Shown: positions 22,215 to 33,886, counted from the stretch's first letter. The stretch is 64,000 nt of DNA from Cyanobacteriota bacterium (GCA_046045965.1 JBJOKS010000026.1:1-64000); one strand, 5' to 3'. Made by a program: numbers and translations. The notes: generated by a model not told the origin, from the letters alone.

Positions 22215-23144
22215 TTAGTGATTACGATTGATGATAAAGTGAGCGATCGCTTGCAGAGGGACTGCTTTTTCTCCAAAGCTTTCGAGTTCTGCACAAGCTT
22301 GGTCAACCAGTTCTTTGGCTTTGGTGCGTGATTCTTCAATTCCCCACAAGCTGGGATAGGTGACTTTCTCGGCTTTCAGGTCTTTACCTGCGGTTTTGCC
22401 TAGTTGTTCTTGGGTAGCGGTGATATCGAGAATATCATCGATGATTTGAAATGCTAGACCAATGTTTTGAGAATAACGAGTTAATTTTTGTACGGCTTCG
22501 GGAGATACGCCGGCGATAATTCCCCCGCACACAACACAAGCTTCTAATAGGGCAGCTGTTTTGTGGTTATGAATAAAATTCAGGGTTTCTAAGGAAGTAT
22601 CCGATTTACCTTCCGATTCTAAATCTACCACTTGACCACCAACTAAACCAGCAGCCCCCAGTGCCTGAGCCAGACGAGCAATTACTTGTAAAGTTCTTTC
22701 TATTGGTACATTTTGGGGGGTTTTAGTAGCTACAAACTCAAATGCCAAAGCTAACAAGCCATCTCCTGCCAAAATGGCGATATCTTCACCATAGACTTTG
22801 TGATTTGTCAACTTACCACGACGATAATCGTCATTATCCATTGCTGGTAAGTCATCATGAATCAAAGACATGGTGTGAAGCATTTCTACAGCACAAGCTG
22901 TTGGCATGGCCATGTCAATAGTGCCACCAATCATTTCACTGGTAGCAAGGCAAAGAATAGGGCGGACACGCTTGCCTCCTGCTAAGAGTGAGTAGCGCAT
23001 AGCTTCGTAAATCTTTTCTGGATAAATGATAGGAATAGCTTGATCTAATGCAGTATCACAAAGCTTTTGTCGTTCTTTGAGATAGGCAGCGAGGTTAAAC
23101 TGGGCTGGCTCTGATGTCTTTTGAAAGTTATCTGTTGCTACCAT
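22215..23144 (-). CDS. crtE: Geranylgeranyl diphosphate synthase
   Basis: [14 protein letters not shown] and DDILD motifs. Confidence 0.95.
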   Translation of the reverse strand: MVATDNFQKTSEPAQFNLAAYLKERQKLCDTALDQAIPIIYPEKIYEAMRYSLLAGGKRVRPILCLATSEMIGGTIDMAMPTACAVEMLHTMSLIHDDLPAMDNDDYRRGKLTNHKVYGEDIAILAGDGLLALAFEFVATKTPQNVPIERTLQVIARLAQALGAAGLVGGQVVDLESEGKSDTSLETLNFIHNHKTAALLEACVVCGGIIAGVSPEAVQKLTRYSQNIGLAFQIIDDILDITATQEQLGKTAGKDLKAEKVTYPSLWGIEESRTKAKELVDQACAELESFGEKAVPLQAIAHFIINRNH

Positions 23145-23462
23145 GCTTACATTCCTAAAATTTTCGGTTTATGGTGATATGTGTGACAATTTTACGTTGC
23201 TCTAGGGTTGAAACGCTCAATGATGTTTCAATTTTAGATTTTAGATTTTAGATTTTAGATTTTAGTCTGATTCCAGAGTTGAAACTAGGGAATTTGACTA
23301 AAAAATCTCAAATAGACTCAGTAACTGAGAAATTATCGAAACAATCAGGTCTAAAACCGGACTTCGTCCAAAGTTTTTGTAGCTTGGCATCAATCCCCGT
23401 TACAAAAACGGCCTCCTGCCCCCTGCCTCCTGCCTCCTGCCTCCTGCCTTGGTTAACACTGC

Positions 23463-24347
23463 TTAATTCCTGGTTGTCTGCAAATAGCTAGAAACTGTAT
23501 TTTGCAATAACATGGCCACTGTCATTGGACCAATACCACCGGGAACTGGGGTAATATATTCTGCCACACTAGCAGTTGCGGCAAAATCGATATCGCCAAT
23601 TAAACGACTTTTACCACCGCTATCAGTAATGCGATTTATCCCCACATCTACCACAACAGCGCCCAGTTTCACCATTTCGGCAGTGATTAATCCGGGAATA
23701 CCTGCTGCTGCAATAAGAATATCAGCGTTTTGGGTGATGGTTTTGAGGTCTTGGGTGCGTGAGTGGGCAATAGTGACCGTAGCATCAGCCTCTAACAGCA
23801 TTAATGCCATTGGCTTACCAACTAAAATACTACGTCCTACTACTACTGCTTGTTTTCCCACTAGGGGAATTTTATATTCTTCTAGCAGTCGCATCACTCC
23901 CGCTGGTGTGCAACTGCGTAAACCTGGTTCACCCCGCACTAAGCGTCCTAAGTTAATGGGGTGGAGTCCATCAGCGTCTTTATCCGGTGCAATTTTATGT
24001 AAAAGGCTTATTGCATCTAAATGACTAGGTAGAGGCAACTGTACCAGAATTCCGTCTACTCTTTCATCTTGGTTAAGTTCCGCAATTACTTCTTCTAGTT
24101 CAGTTTGGCTGGTTTGAGTAGGAAAATGTTTACCAAAAGAGGTAATTCCCACTTTAGCGCACGCTTTTTCTTTGTTGCTAACATAAGCTGCTGAGGCGGG
24201 GTTATCACCTACCATCAACACTGCTAAACCCGGAGGTCGGCCAATTTTCGGTTGTAATTCTGTAATAGTAGCAGCCAATTCTTTCTGAATTTTAGCGGCT
24301 AATGCTTTACCATCAAGGATTTTCGCGGTTTGTGTTTCCATTGTCAT
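23463..24347 (-). CDS. folD: Methylene-THF dehydrogenase/cyclohydrolase
   Basis: [34 protein letters not shown]. Confidence 0.97.
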   Translation of the reverse strand: MTMETQTAKILDGKALAAKIQKELAATITELQPKIGRPPGLAVLMVGDNPASAAYVSNKEKACAKVGITSFGKHFPTQTSQTELEEVIAELNQDERVDGILVQLPLPSHLDAISLLHKIAPDKDADGLHPINLGRLVRGEPGLRSCTPAGVMRLLEEYKIPLVGKQAVVVGRSILVGKPMALMLLEADATVTIAHSRTQDLKTITQNADILIAAAGIPGLITAEMVKLGAVVVDVGINRITDSGGKSRLIGDIDFAATASVAEYITPVPGGIGPMTVAMLLQNTVSSYLQTTRN

Positions 24348-24506
24348 TAGTCATTAGTCATTAGTCATTGGTGATTGGTCATTGGTAAAACCTTTTCCCA
24401 GTCCCCAGTCAATGACTATTTTCTCAGATTAACTGCGTCAAATGAAGGATAAAGAATAGATAGTATGAATAAAAACTTGAAGAAACTGGTGACAAGGTAA
24501 AGATTA

Positions 24507-24929
24507 ATGCAAAAATTCTCTCAATTGCGTGCTTTTCAACAACAAACACAACGTACTTCTCACAGATTCTTTCACCAAGGATTAGCATTTTTTATGGTGG
24601 TGGGACTTTGTAGCTGTGCTAACGGTAAACCTGGTGAATTGAATTTACAAAATCTGAGGATTGGCGCTAATGTTACACCAATTAAGGAAATTACACCAGC
24701 ACAGGATAACCAAGCTACTGTTTACATTCAAGGGAAAATAGAACAACACGCTCCTTTCATCAAACAGCAAGCATATCAAATTGCTGATTCAACTGGTAAA
24801 ATCTGGGTTGTGACTAATCAAAGTAATCTAAAAGTTGGACAAGATGTAGTATTAAAAGGTAAAGTAAAATACAAAAGTATCCCGTTGGCTGGACAAGAGT
24901 TTGGGGAAGTTTATTTAGAAGAACAATAA
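24507..24929 (+). CDS. OB-fold hypothetical protein, possible lipoprotein
   Basis: GLCSC lipobox-like motif; YQIADSTGKIWV OB-fold pattern. Confidence 0.65.
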   Translation: MQKFSQLRAFQQQTQRTSHRFFHQGLAFFMVVGLCSCANGKPGELNLQNLRIGANVTPIKEITPAQDNQATVYIQGKIEQHAPFIKQQAYQIADSTGKIWVVTNQSNLKVGQDVVLKGKVKYKSIPLAGQEFGEVYLEEQ

Positions 24930-24931
24930 TT

Positions 24932-25393
24932 ATGAATCATAAATTACCAGAAGTAGCTATTGCTATTCTCTACCAAGATAACAAATATCTGATGCAGCTA
25001 CGGGACAATATCCCCAATATAGCTGCTCCTGGTTGTTGGGGATTATTCGGTGGACATTTAGAACCAGGTGAAACCCCAGAAACAGCACTTGTGCGAGAAG
25101 TTATTGAAGAAATTGGTTATGAATTACCATCTTTTGCCAAATTTGGAATTTATGCCGATGAAAAAGTTATTCGTTATGTTTTTCAAGCACCATTGTTAGT
25201 AGGATTAGATCAACTGGTTTTAAATGAAGGGTGGGATATGGGATTATTAACACCGGAAGATATTGAACGGGGTAGTTGTTATTCAACAATAGCTGGAGAA
25301 GTCAGACCTTTAGGAGTTCCTCAGCAACAAATTATGCTGGATTTTATTAATCAAGAATTCAGGAGTCGTTCAATTTTGGATTTTAGATTTTAG
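24932..25393 (+). CDS. NUDIX hydrolase
   Basis: Nudix box GGHLEPGETPETALVREVIEEIG. Confidence 0.93.
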   Translation: MNHKLPEVAIAILYQDNKYLMQLRDNIPNIAAPGCWGLFGGHLEPGETPETALVREVIEEIGYELPSFAKFGIYADEKVIRYVFQAPLLVGLDQLVLNEGWDMGLLTPEDIERGSCYSTIAGEVRPLGVPQQQIMLDFINQEFRSRSILDFRF

Positions 25394-25482
25394 ATTTTGG
25401 ATTGATGTCATGGATAAATTAACACACCTATTCATAGACATTTTCTGCAATAATCAATTAATAAATTTGATAAATATATCCT

Positions 25483-26580
25483 ATGCAAATCACAAATAAA
25501 CTACCGCGCTGGTTAAGCGTAGGTTTAGCTTTTCCTATTATCATTCTTAATGGATGGTTATTAATTCAGGTTGTCAAATATTTTCAACCTTTGGTAAGCG
25601 TTATTTCTGTCGCCATCTTGTTATCTTTTGTTTTAGATTACCCCATCAAATTCTTTCATAAACGCGGAGTTCCTCGGAATTTAGCTATTGTTGGAGTCTT
25701 ACTTTTAGCAGTAGTAATTTTGGGGGCTGTCGGGGTAATTTTAGTACCCTTGATTTTCCAACAACTCAACGAATTAGTTAATATTCTTCCGGTTTGGATT
25801 GATTCAGGAACTCAACAATTACAAGCTTTTTTAAATTGGGCTGCTACACAACAAGATTTACCTGTAAATATTAGTGGTTTGGCTACCCAGTTATTAGAGA
25901 AAATATCCAATCAATTTCAGTCTTTTACTGGTAAAATTCTAGGCTTGGCATTTGATACAATTGGATTTTTAGTTAATTTACTACTGGCAATTGTTTTAAC
26001 GATTTATTTAATTTTAAATGGTGAAAAATTGTGGAATGGAATTTATCTATGGTTTCCCGCACATATTAGTACAAAAGTCAGAACATCACTTAAAGAAGAT
26101 TTCCAAAATTATTTTATTGGTCAAGCGGTATTAGGATCTATTTTAGCTGTCACAGTTACATTAGCATTTGTGGCTTTAAGAATTCCGTTGGCGTTACTTT
26201 TTGGAATTGCGATTGGGTTTTTCTCACTCTTTCCTTTTGGTACGGGAATTGGTATTGGTATTGTCAGTTTATTGGTAGCTTTAGAGAATTTTTGGGAAGG
26301 GGTAGAAGTTGCAGCTATAGCGGTGACAATTGATCAAATAAATTCTAATATTGTTGCACCGAGATTGTTAGGAAATTTAACAGGTTTAAATCCTGTTTGG
26401 GTGGTAATTTCTTTATTAATTGGTGCGAAGTTGGGTGGGGTTTTGGGTTTGTTGGTGGCTATTCCTATCGCTAGTTTTATTAAGGATATTGCTGATAGTT
26501 GGCGGGCGGGTGAGTTGAAGAAAGTGGATGAGGTTGATGGTAGTGTAAGTGAAATTCAGAAAAGTGTGGAAGTAAGTTGA
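25483..26580 (+). CDS. AI-2E family transporter
   Basis: Multi-TM; PRLLGNLTGLNPVW and GLLVAIP motifs. Confidence 0.9.
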   Translation: MQITNKLPRWLSVGLAFPIIILNGWLLIQVVKYFQPLVSVISVAILLSFVLDYPIKFFHKRGVPRNLAIVGVLLLAVVILGAVGVILVPLIFQQLNELVNILPVWIDSGTQQLQAFLNWAATQQDLPVNISGLATQLLEKISNQFQSFTGKILGLAFDTIGFLVNLLLAIVLTIYLILNGEKLWNGIYLWFPAHISTKVRTSLKEDFQNYFIGQAVLGSILAVTVTLAFVALRIPLALLFGIAIGFFSLFPFGTGIGIGIVSLLVALENFWEGVEVAAIAVTIDQINSNIVAPRLLGNLTGLNPVWVVISLLIGAKLGGVLGLLVAIPIASFIKDIADSWRAGELKKVDEVDGSVSEIQKSVEVS

Positions 26581-26708
26581 TTATTGCGATCGCTTGTTTA
26601 CAACTATCATATCAAAAATGACTGAATCAAGCAGTAACATAGAAGCAGAATAAAGACAATTTGATTTATATTACAAATATATCAATTCTTCTGTTACCTG
26701 CTACACCC

Positions 26709-26873
26709 GCAAGGAAATGAATTTCCTTGCTAATAGTTCAAGTAGGTTAAAACCTACTATTTTTCACTGAAATTGAAACCAGAATTGATGTCAAAATATA
26801 TTATAATTAATGGAAATAGAAATAGTCGGTTTTAACCGACTTCAGCTATGAGACAGGGAATTAATTCCCTGGC
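26709..26873. repeat. Inverted pair of two-hairpin REP-like units
   Basis: 26709-26759 and 26823-26873 are inverted homologues; third copy at 45494-45544. Confidence 0.8.
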
Positions 26874-26900
26874 TTGATTAAAATATATTTGGTGTTAATT

Positions 26901-28145
26901 ATGTTGAAAAAACTCATTCTCGAAAATTGGAAAAGTTTCCGTTATGCAGAACTTCCCCTTGATCCTTTAACTGTACTTATTGGAACTAATGCAAGTGGTA
27001 AGTCTAATGTGGTTGAAGCTTTGGAATTTTTGCAAAGAATAGCTAATGGTGAAAATATTGAAACAGCTTTAGCAGGAGATAGAAGACTTCCTTCTATTCG
27101 TGGTGGTGTTGAATTAGCTGCGAGGAAAGGTGAAAATGAATTTACTGTAAAAGTATGTTTATCAAATAATAATATGGATGATTATTTATATGTAATAGAA
27201 TTAAAGACAGTACCTGAAATTCTTATGATAGAAGAATATATAGATAGCTATGAATGTGATACAAATAAAATAACAGGGAGATATACCCTAAATCAAGTAA
27301 ATTTTAATATCAGAAGTGGAATGAAAAGAAAAACCCGTAGTCTAGATTTAGGTGATCTCAAAATAAGTGGCATTGATGTTATTGTTCAAAATGGTATTCA
27401 ACTACCAATAGAAGAGTTAGATGAACAATTCTTCCCTGGGAAATATAAAGCACAAGATATAGTTTTATCCAACTTAGAAAATATCTTAATTCTTAATCCT
27501 CTTCCATCTACAATGCGTGATTATTCCAGACTTTCTGAAAACCTAGAAAGCGATAGTTCAAATATTGCTGGAGTATTAGCAGCATTACCAGATGACAAAA
27601 AAGCAGAAGTTGAAAACACCCTATCTGAATATATTAAATATTTACCAGAAGGTGATATAAAAAAAGTATGGGCTGAACCAGTTGGAAGACTGAAAACAGA
27701 TGCAATGTTATACTGTCAAGAAGAATGGAAACCAGGAGAAATTACAGAAATTGATGCTAAAAGTATGTCAGATGGAACATTGCGATTTCTAGCAATACTC
27801 ACAGCATTATTAACCCGTCCCGAAGGTAGTCAAATTGTAATTGAAGAAATAGATAATGGTTTACATCCTTCCCGTGCAGCATTATTAGTAAAAATATTAA
27901 AAGAAATTGGTAGTAAACGCAATATTGATATTTTATTAACTACTCATAACCCAGCTTTACTGGATGCTTTTGGTTCTGAAATAGTTCCGTTTGTAGTTGT
28001 CGCACATCGAGATTTAGAAACTGGAGAAAGTAAACTTACCCTTTTAGAAGATATTGAAAATTTCCCCAAATTATTTGCTTCCTATTCCCTGGGACAAATG
28101 ACAACAAAAGGCGCAATTGAACGCAGTCTTTCTCATGGTGTATAA
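26901..28145 (+). CDS. Soluble ABC-type ATPase (AAA_21-like)
   Basis: Walker A GTNASGKS, signature MSDGT, Walker B IEEIDNGLHP, H-loop TTHNP; ATG 26901 preferred over TTG 26874. Confidence 0.9.
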   Translation: MLKKLILENWKSFRYAELPLDPLTVLIGTNASGKSNVVEALEFLQRIANGENIETALAGDRRLPSIRGGVELAARKGENEFTVKVCLSNNNMDDYLYVIELKTVPEILMIEEYIDSYECDTNKITGRYTLNQVNFNIRSGMKRKTRSLDLGDLKISGIDVIVQNGIQLPIEELDEQFFPGKYKAQDIVLSNLENILILNPLPSTMRDYSRLSENLESDSSNIAGVLAALPDDKKAEVENTLSEYIKYLPEGDIKKVWAEPVGRLKTDAMLYCQEEWKPGEITEIDAKSMSDGTLRFLAILTALLTRPEGSQIVIEEIDNGLHPSRAALLVKILKEIGSKRNIDILLTTHNPALLDAFGSEIVPFVVVAHRDLETGESKLTLLEDIENFPKLFASYSLGQMTTKGAIERSLSHGV

Positions 28146-28166
28146 TTGGGGGAATAATTTAAAAAA

Positions 28167-28682
28167 ATGAGAAAAGTTTTATTAATAGATACGTCTTTAT
28201 TGTGCGTTTGGTTAAAAGTTCCAGGTAAAGAAACTGCGGGTAATAATAAATGGGATTTTGAAAGTGTTAATGATAAAATCAAATTAGAAATAGAAAAAGG
28301 AACAACCTTGGTACTTCCTTTAGCTACAGTTATAGAAACAGGAAATCATATTGCACAAGCGAAAAGCGGCGATAAATGGACATCATCTGAAAAATTTGCA
28401 AAAATTATGATTTTTGCTGCTGATGAAACCAGTCCTTGGGCTGCTTTTCGTGAACAAATTATATTATGGGAAGCAGAAGAATTAAAAAAGTTAGCTGCTA
28501 CATTTCCCAAGCAAGCTGTACAAAATACCTCAATGGGTGATGCTAGTATTGTTGTCCTGGGGTGGTATTATTATAGTGAAAAAGGTTTTCATGTAGAATT
28601 TCTCACAGATGATGAAAAATTGAAATCTCAAGAACCTCCACCACCAACCACACCTACCCGTCGTAGTAGTCGCAGCAAATAA
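28167..28682 (+). CDS. PIN-like domain protein
   Basis: LLIDTS, VIETGNH, MGDASI, LTDD acidic pattern. Confidence 0.65.
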   Translation: MRKVLLIDTSLLCVWLKVPGKETAGNNKWDFESVNDKIKLEIEKGTTLVLPLATVIETGNHIAQAKSGDKWTSSEKFAKIMIFAADETSPWAAFREQIILWEAEELKKLAATFPKQAVQNTSMGDASIVVLGWYYYSEKGFHVEFLTDDEKLKSQEPPPPTTPTRRSSRSK

Positions 28683-28813
28683 CAATATCTCTCTTTGCGT
28701 CTTTGCGTCTTTGCGTGAGAAAAAAATAAATAAACTTTAAGCGATCGCCCCCAATCCCCACATCACGCTATCATCAGAAATAGTGCCTAAACTGTGCAAC
28801 CTCAGCATCTACC

Positions 28814-31468
28814 ATGACGAATTCCACACCAGAACCCCAGCAACCAAATACACCCCTCAGCGATACAAAACTGGTAGAAGACCGCAGCAAGCTGAGTAAG
28901 ATGTATCAGCACTACGTAGAAATGAAAGATAAATACCCCCATGCGTTGCTGCTATATCGCGTCGGTGATTTTTTTGAAACTTTTTTCCAAGACGCTGTAA
29001 CCGTCTCTAGAGAATTAGAATTAGTTTTAACCAGTAAACATGGTGGTGAACTTGGTCGTATTGCTATGACTGGTGTACCTCATCACGCTTGGGAACGCTA
29101 CACAACCCTACTGGTAGAAAAAGGTTATGCTGTAGTAATTTGTGATCAAGTTGAGGACGCATCAGAAGCAATAGGTTTAGTTAAACGCGAAGTTACCCGC
29201 ATCCTCACACCAGGGACTTTGCTAGAAGAAGGAATGCTCAAAGCAAGTCGTAATAACTACTTAGCCGCTGTGGTAATTGCGGTTAATCATTGGGGTTTAG
29301 CCTATGCTGATATATCAACTGGGGAATTTCTCACGACTCAAGGCAGTGATTTAGAACACCTCACCCAAGAATTAATGAGGTTACAACCTTCTGAAGTGCT
29401 TTTTCCCACTAATGCACCGGATTTAGGTACTTTACTACGACCAGGGGAAACTTCGCCATCTCTTCCTCAATGTTTACCACCTACATTTTGTTATAGTTTG
29501 CGATCGCAACTTCCCTTTTCTCAAGCCGAAGCTAGAAGTAAATTATTGCAGAAATTCAAATTGCGATCGCTCGAAGGTATCGGTTGTGAACATCTTCCCC
29601 TTGCAGTTCGCGCTGCTGGTGGACTTTTGGAATATCTCGAAGATACGCAAAAACAAAACCCTGTTTCTCTGCAACTATTACACACCTACACCTTAACCGA
29701 TTATCTGATCGTAGATCATCAAACCCGCCGCAACTTAGAAATTACCCAAACAGTGCGCGATGGCACATTTCACGGTTCTTTATTGTGGGCTTTAAACAGA
29801 ACCAGCACCGCAATGGGTGGACGAGCTTTAAGAAGATGGTTGTTACAACCGCTACTTGATATTAAAGGCATTCGAGCGCGACAAGATACCATTCAAGAAC
29901 TACTGGAAAATACTTCCTTACGTCAAGATTTACGGCAATTATTAAGAAAAATCTACGATTTAGAACGTTTAGCAGGTCGCGCAGCTTCTGGGAGAGCAAA
30001 TGCACGGGATTTAATTGCTCTAGCTGATTCTATCTCGCTTTTACCAGAATTATCTTATTTAGCTTCAGATGCGCGATCGCCATTTCTCAAAGCCTTGCAA
30101 AAAGTACCGAGCGTACTGGAAGAATTAGCGAAAAAATTACAACTGCACATAGTAGAATCACCACCTACACATTTAAAAGAAGGTGGTTTAATTCGTCCTG
30201 GTATAAATCCGCAGTTGGATGAAAGAAAAGCTACAGTTGAAGCAGACCAGCAATGGATTGCAACTTTAGAAGTTGATGAAAGACTCAGAACCAGTATTCC
30301 TAATTTAAAGGTCGGGTTTAATAAGACTTTTGGTTATTACATCAGTATTTCTCGTTCTAAATCTGACCAAGTTCCTGAAAATTATATCCGTAAGCAAACT
30401 TTGACCAATGAAGAACGTTACATTACTCCTGAGTTGAAAGAACGAGAAGCGCGGATATTGACGGCGCGAGATGACTTAAATCAGCTAGAATATGAGATTT
30501 TTGCCACTTTACGGGATGAGGTGGCTGATCATGCGGATACTATTCGCAATATTTCCCGTGCGGTGGCTGCTGCTGATGTATTATGTGGGTTGGCTGAGTT
30601 GGCTGTACATCAAGGTTATTGTCGGCCGGAAATGGTGGAAAGACGGGAAATTGAGGTTGTTGATGGTCGTCATCCGGTTGTTGAACAGTCTTTACCTGCG
30701 GGGTTTTTTGTTCCTAACTCGACTTGGTTAGGAGGAACGAACCACGAAGACACGAAGGACACGAAGGAAGAGGAGAAGAAGAGAGGGAAGAAGAAAGAGA
30801 ATAGTAATGTAGTCTCTCCACCTCCCCACCTCCCTACCTCCCTATCTTCTTATCCTGATTTGGTGATTTTGACTGGTCCTAATGCTAGTGGAAAGAGTTG
30901 TTATTTACGTCAGGTGGGTTTAATTCAGTTAATGGCGCAAATTGGTAGTTTTGTACCTGCTAGTTCGGCACGGTTGGGAATTTGCGATCGCATTTTTACT
31001 CGTGTGGGTGCGGTTGATGATCTGGCAACGGGTCAATCTACTTTTATGGTAGAAATGAATGAAACTGCAAATATTCTCAATCATGCAACAGCTAATTCTT
31101 TGGTTTTATTAGATGAAATTGGTCGGGGTACTGCAACTTTTGATGGTTTATCAATTGCTTGGGCTGTGGCAGAATATTTAGCAGTGGAAATTAAAGCTCG
31201 GACTATTTTTGCTACCCATTATCATGAGTTAAATGAGTTAGCTAGTATTATTAATAATGTGGCAAATTATCAAGTTACTGTGAAAGAATTACCGGATCAA
31301 ATTATCTTTTTACATCAAGTTCAACCCGGTGGTGCTGATAAGTCTTATGGTATTGAAGCAGGAAGGTTAGCGGGTTTACCTACGGTGGTAATTAAAAGAG
31401 CAAAACAGGTCATGGGACAAATTGAAAAACACAGTAAAATTGCAATGGGGTTACAGAATTTAGAATAA
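28814..31468 (+). CDS. mutS: DNA mismatch repair protein MutS
   Basis: [36 protein letters not shown]. Confidence 0.98.
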   Translation: MTNSTPEPQQPNTPLSDTKLVEDRSKLSKMYQHYVEMKDKYPHALLLYRVGDFFETFFQDAVTVSRELELVLTSKHGGELGRIAMTGVPHHAWERYTTLLVEKGYAVVICDQVEDASEAIGLVKREVTRILTPGTLLEEGMLKASRNNYLAAVVIAVNHWGLAYADISTGEFLTTQGSDLEHLTQELMRLQPSEVLFPTNAPDLGTLLRPGETSPSLPQCLPPTFCYSLRSQLPFSQAEARSKLLQKFKLRSLEGIGCEHLPLAVRAAGGLLEYLEDTQKQNPVSLQLLHTYTLTDYLIVDHQTRRNLEITQTVRDGTFHGSLLWALNRTSTAMGGRALRRWLLQPLLDIKGIRARQDTIQELLENTSLRQDLRQLLRKIYDLERLAGRAASGRANARDLIALADSISLLPELSYLASDARSPFLKALQKVPSVLEELAKKLQLHIVESPPTHLKEGGLIRPGINPQLDERKATVEADQQWIATLEVDERLRTSIPNLKVGFNKTFGYYISISRSKSDQVPENYIRKQTLTNEERYITPELKEREARILTARDDLNQLEYEIFATLRDEVADHADTIRNISRAVAAADVLCGLAELAVHQGYCRPEMVERREIEVVDGRHPVVEQSLPAGFFVPNSTWLGGTNHEDTKDTKEEEKKRGKKKENSNVVSPPPHLPTSLSSYPDLVILTGPNASGKSCYLRQVGLIQLMAQIGSFVPASSARLGICDRIFTRVGAVDDLATGQSTFMVEMNETANILNHATANSLVLLDEIGRGTATFDGLSIAWAVAEYLAVEIKARTIFATHYHELNELASIINNVANYQVTVKELPDQIIFLHQVQPGGADKSYGIEAGRLAGLPTVVIKRAKQVMGQIEKHSKIAMGLQNLE

Positions 31469-31525
31469 TTAACTTTGCGTCTTTGCTCCTTTGCATCTTT
31501 GCGCGAAACTCAATAAAAATGTAAC

Positions 31526-33886
31526 TTAACTCCCCAAAAGTTTCCGTGCTGCTGCTAAAATCAAACGTTGTTCAGCACGAGCGATCGCTTGATAAGTCCT
31601 CTCAACAGCTTCCGGTTCCACAGAAATAGAACTTATACCCCATTCCACCAACTTATCAATAATTTCTGGATATAAAGCAGGTGCTTGACCACAAATAGAA
31701 CAAGGAATACCCCCATCTTTAGCCATTTTAATTAATTGACATATCGCACCCATCACCGCTGGATGTCGTTCATCAAATATACTTGCTAATTCTCCCTGTT
31801 CTCGATCTACTCCTAAAATTAATTGTGTCAAATCATTAGTACCAATAGAAATACCCGCTACCCCAGCTTTAATATATTCTGGTAATAAAAATAATACACT
31901 TGGTACTTCTGCCATGATCCATAATTGAAAATGCGGATTTTCCGTTAAACCAGCTTCTTCAACTTGACGACGACAAAATACAAATTCTTCCACAGTTCGC
32001 ACAAAAGGTAACATCAAATGAATATTACTGTAACCATTTTTTTGTAATCCTGCCAAAGCTTTCAATTCTAATTCAAAAACAGCCGGATTTCGTAAATAAC
32101 TCCAAGTCCCATGTTCACCTAATATTGACTGTGATGAAGATTGTCTAACATCACTAAAAGATGATAAATCCTGGGGTCGCCAATCTAAAGAACGATATAA
32201 AATAGGTCTGGGTGTAAAAGCTCGCGCAAACTTTTTAATCTGCTCAGATATATTTTCTAATAATTCCGTCTGTCTTCCACCTAACAGCCAAGCATGAGGA
32301 TTTTCTCCCTCCAAAATATTTAACATCATCAATTCTGAACGTAACAAACCTACCCCATCCACAGGTAGACTTTGTACTTTTTCAATTAAATTAGGTTGAC
32401 TGAGGTTAACTAATAATTGGGTAGCAATCATAGGTAGGAGTTTAACATTACTAAACCCATCGTGAAACTGTTCTGAATTATCATCAAGTGCCTCATTTAT
32501 GTGGTAGTGTAAAGAAATTTTCTCCCCATCAGCTAAATTATCATCCTCTCCTCTGCAACGATAAACTTCCCCCCTGTCACCATCAAGTAATAGTCTTTCA
32601 CTAGTTTGAATCTGCTTGGTGGCATTTGTGACGCTGACTACAGCAGGAATACCCAACTCTCTAGATAAAATTGCCGCATGGCTAGTTAATCCACCTCTTT
32701 CCGTAATAATGCCCCCCAAGTTATGTAGTAAAGGCAACCAATCAGGAGTAATGGCTGGAGCGATTAAAATTACTCCCTTGGGGATTTGTTCTGGTTTGAG
32801 TTGTGAACTAACAATAACATAAGCAGTAGCCATCACACGTCCCCTAGCCGCCCCTATACCTTTGAGGATATGCCAACTAGGAATTAAAGATGGAGGGGCG
32901 CTAACTTGAGTAATGTAAAGCTTAGGAGCGGGAGTTGTTTCAATAATTGTCCATTTTATAGTTAATTTTGCACCTAATTCACTCACTAATTGATTGCCTA
33001 AAATAATTATTTGTTGTAGACAATTTTCTGATAAAGCATACTGTTTTTGTTGATTCTCACTGAGTAAGTAAGATAGTAAACAATTGTGATCTGTGATTAA
33101 TCTAGACTGGTATTCCTCAGCAGCAACAGATGTAGGATCATGAACACAATAAGCGAGAATTTTATTTCCCAATTGTTGTTCTTGAATAACTCCGGTTTTT
33201 TCTTCGATGTAGTAAACATCTGGTAATACTTCACCCTTGGTAATAGCTACTCCTAATCCATAGGTAGCTTCAATTTCTGCTCCTGATGTATTATCTTTAA
33301 ATGAACCAGAGGCGATCGCATTTTCAACAGGTTGTACTAATACCCCTAAATTAATTTGTTTTAAATTAATGCCTACACTCTGCCAATATAGTAAACTTCT
33401 AGCACGAAATAATTGACTCCAAGTTTGTTTTAAACCTTGAGCGATCGCTTCAGGATCACAAACACAAAACACCGACTCCAGCAACCCAGAAATATTTCCC
33501 ATCACCTGATGACCAGATGATATGCTCAGACTCGGACGCAAAATTAAACATTTCCCTTCCCAAGTTGTCGCAGCTTGGAAAATCTTACTCACCCAATACT
33601 GTGGCACAATACCAGCAATAATTTCCTGACGCAAGCGGCCAGCCACCTGCTGAAGTTGTTGCCAATTACCCACATCTAAATGTAGAGAAGAATAGGGCAA
33701 GTCCGCAACTAATGACTCGGAACTATTGAGGGTTTCTAGAAATTCTCGCCCAACATCCGCCCCAACTACAAAACCAGGCACTACTGGATAGCCCCTTTGC
33801 ATAATTCTGCTCAAGTAAAACGCTTTATCCCCAACTTGGGCGCGGTCTTGTGATTTAATTTGGTCAAGCCAGTAGAGTTTGTCCAC
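31526..33886 (-). CDS. PEP synthase-like PEP-utilising protein
   Basis: GGLTSHAAILSRELG phospho-His motif, GVGLLRSE, SIGTNDLTQ, ICGQAP. Confidence 0.88.
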   Translation of the reverse strand: MDKLYWLDQIKSQDRAQVGDKAFYLSRIMQRGYPVVPGFVVGADVGREFLETLNSSESLVADLPYSSLHLDVGNWQQLQQVAGRLRQEIIAGIVPQYWVSKIFQAATTWEGKCLILRPSLSISSGHQVMGNISGLLESVFCVCDPEAIAQGLKQTWSQLFRARSLLYWQSVGINLKQINLGVLVQPVENAIASGSFKDNTSGAEIEATYGLGVAITKGEVLPDVYYIEEKTGVIQEQQLGNKILAYCVHDPTSVAAEEYQSRLITDHNCLLSYLLSENQQKQYALSENCLQQIIILGNQLVSELGAKLTIKWTIIETTPAPKLYITQVSAPPSLIPSWHILKGIGAARGRVMATAYVIVSSQLKPEQIPKGVILIAPAITPDWLPLLHNLGGIITERGGLTSHAAILSRELGIPAVVSVTNATKQIQTSERLLLDGDRGEVYRCRGEDDNLADGEKISLHYHINEALDDNSEQFHDGFSNVKLLPMIATQLLVNLSQPNLIEKVQSLPVDGVGLLRSELMMLNILEGENPHAWLLGGRQTELLENISEQIKKFARAFTPRPILYRSLDWRPQDLSSFSDVRQSSSQSILGEHGTWSYLRNPAVFELELKALAGLQKNGYSNIHLMLPFVRTVEEFVFCRRQVEEAGLTENPHFQLWIMAEVPSVLFLLPEYIKAGVAGISIGTNDLTQLILGVDREQGELASIFDERHPAVMGAICQLIKMAKDGGIPCSICGQAPALYPEIIDKLVEWGISSISVEPEAVERTYQAIARAEQRLILAAARKLLGS

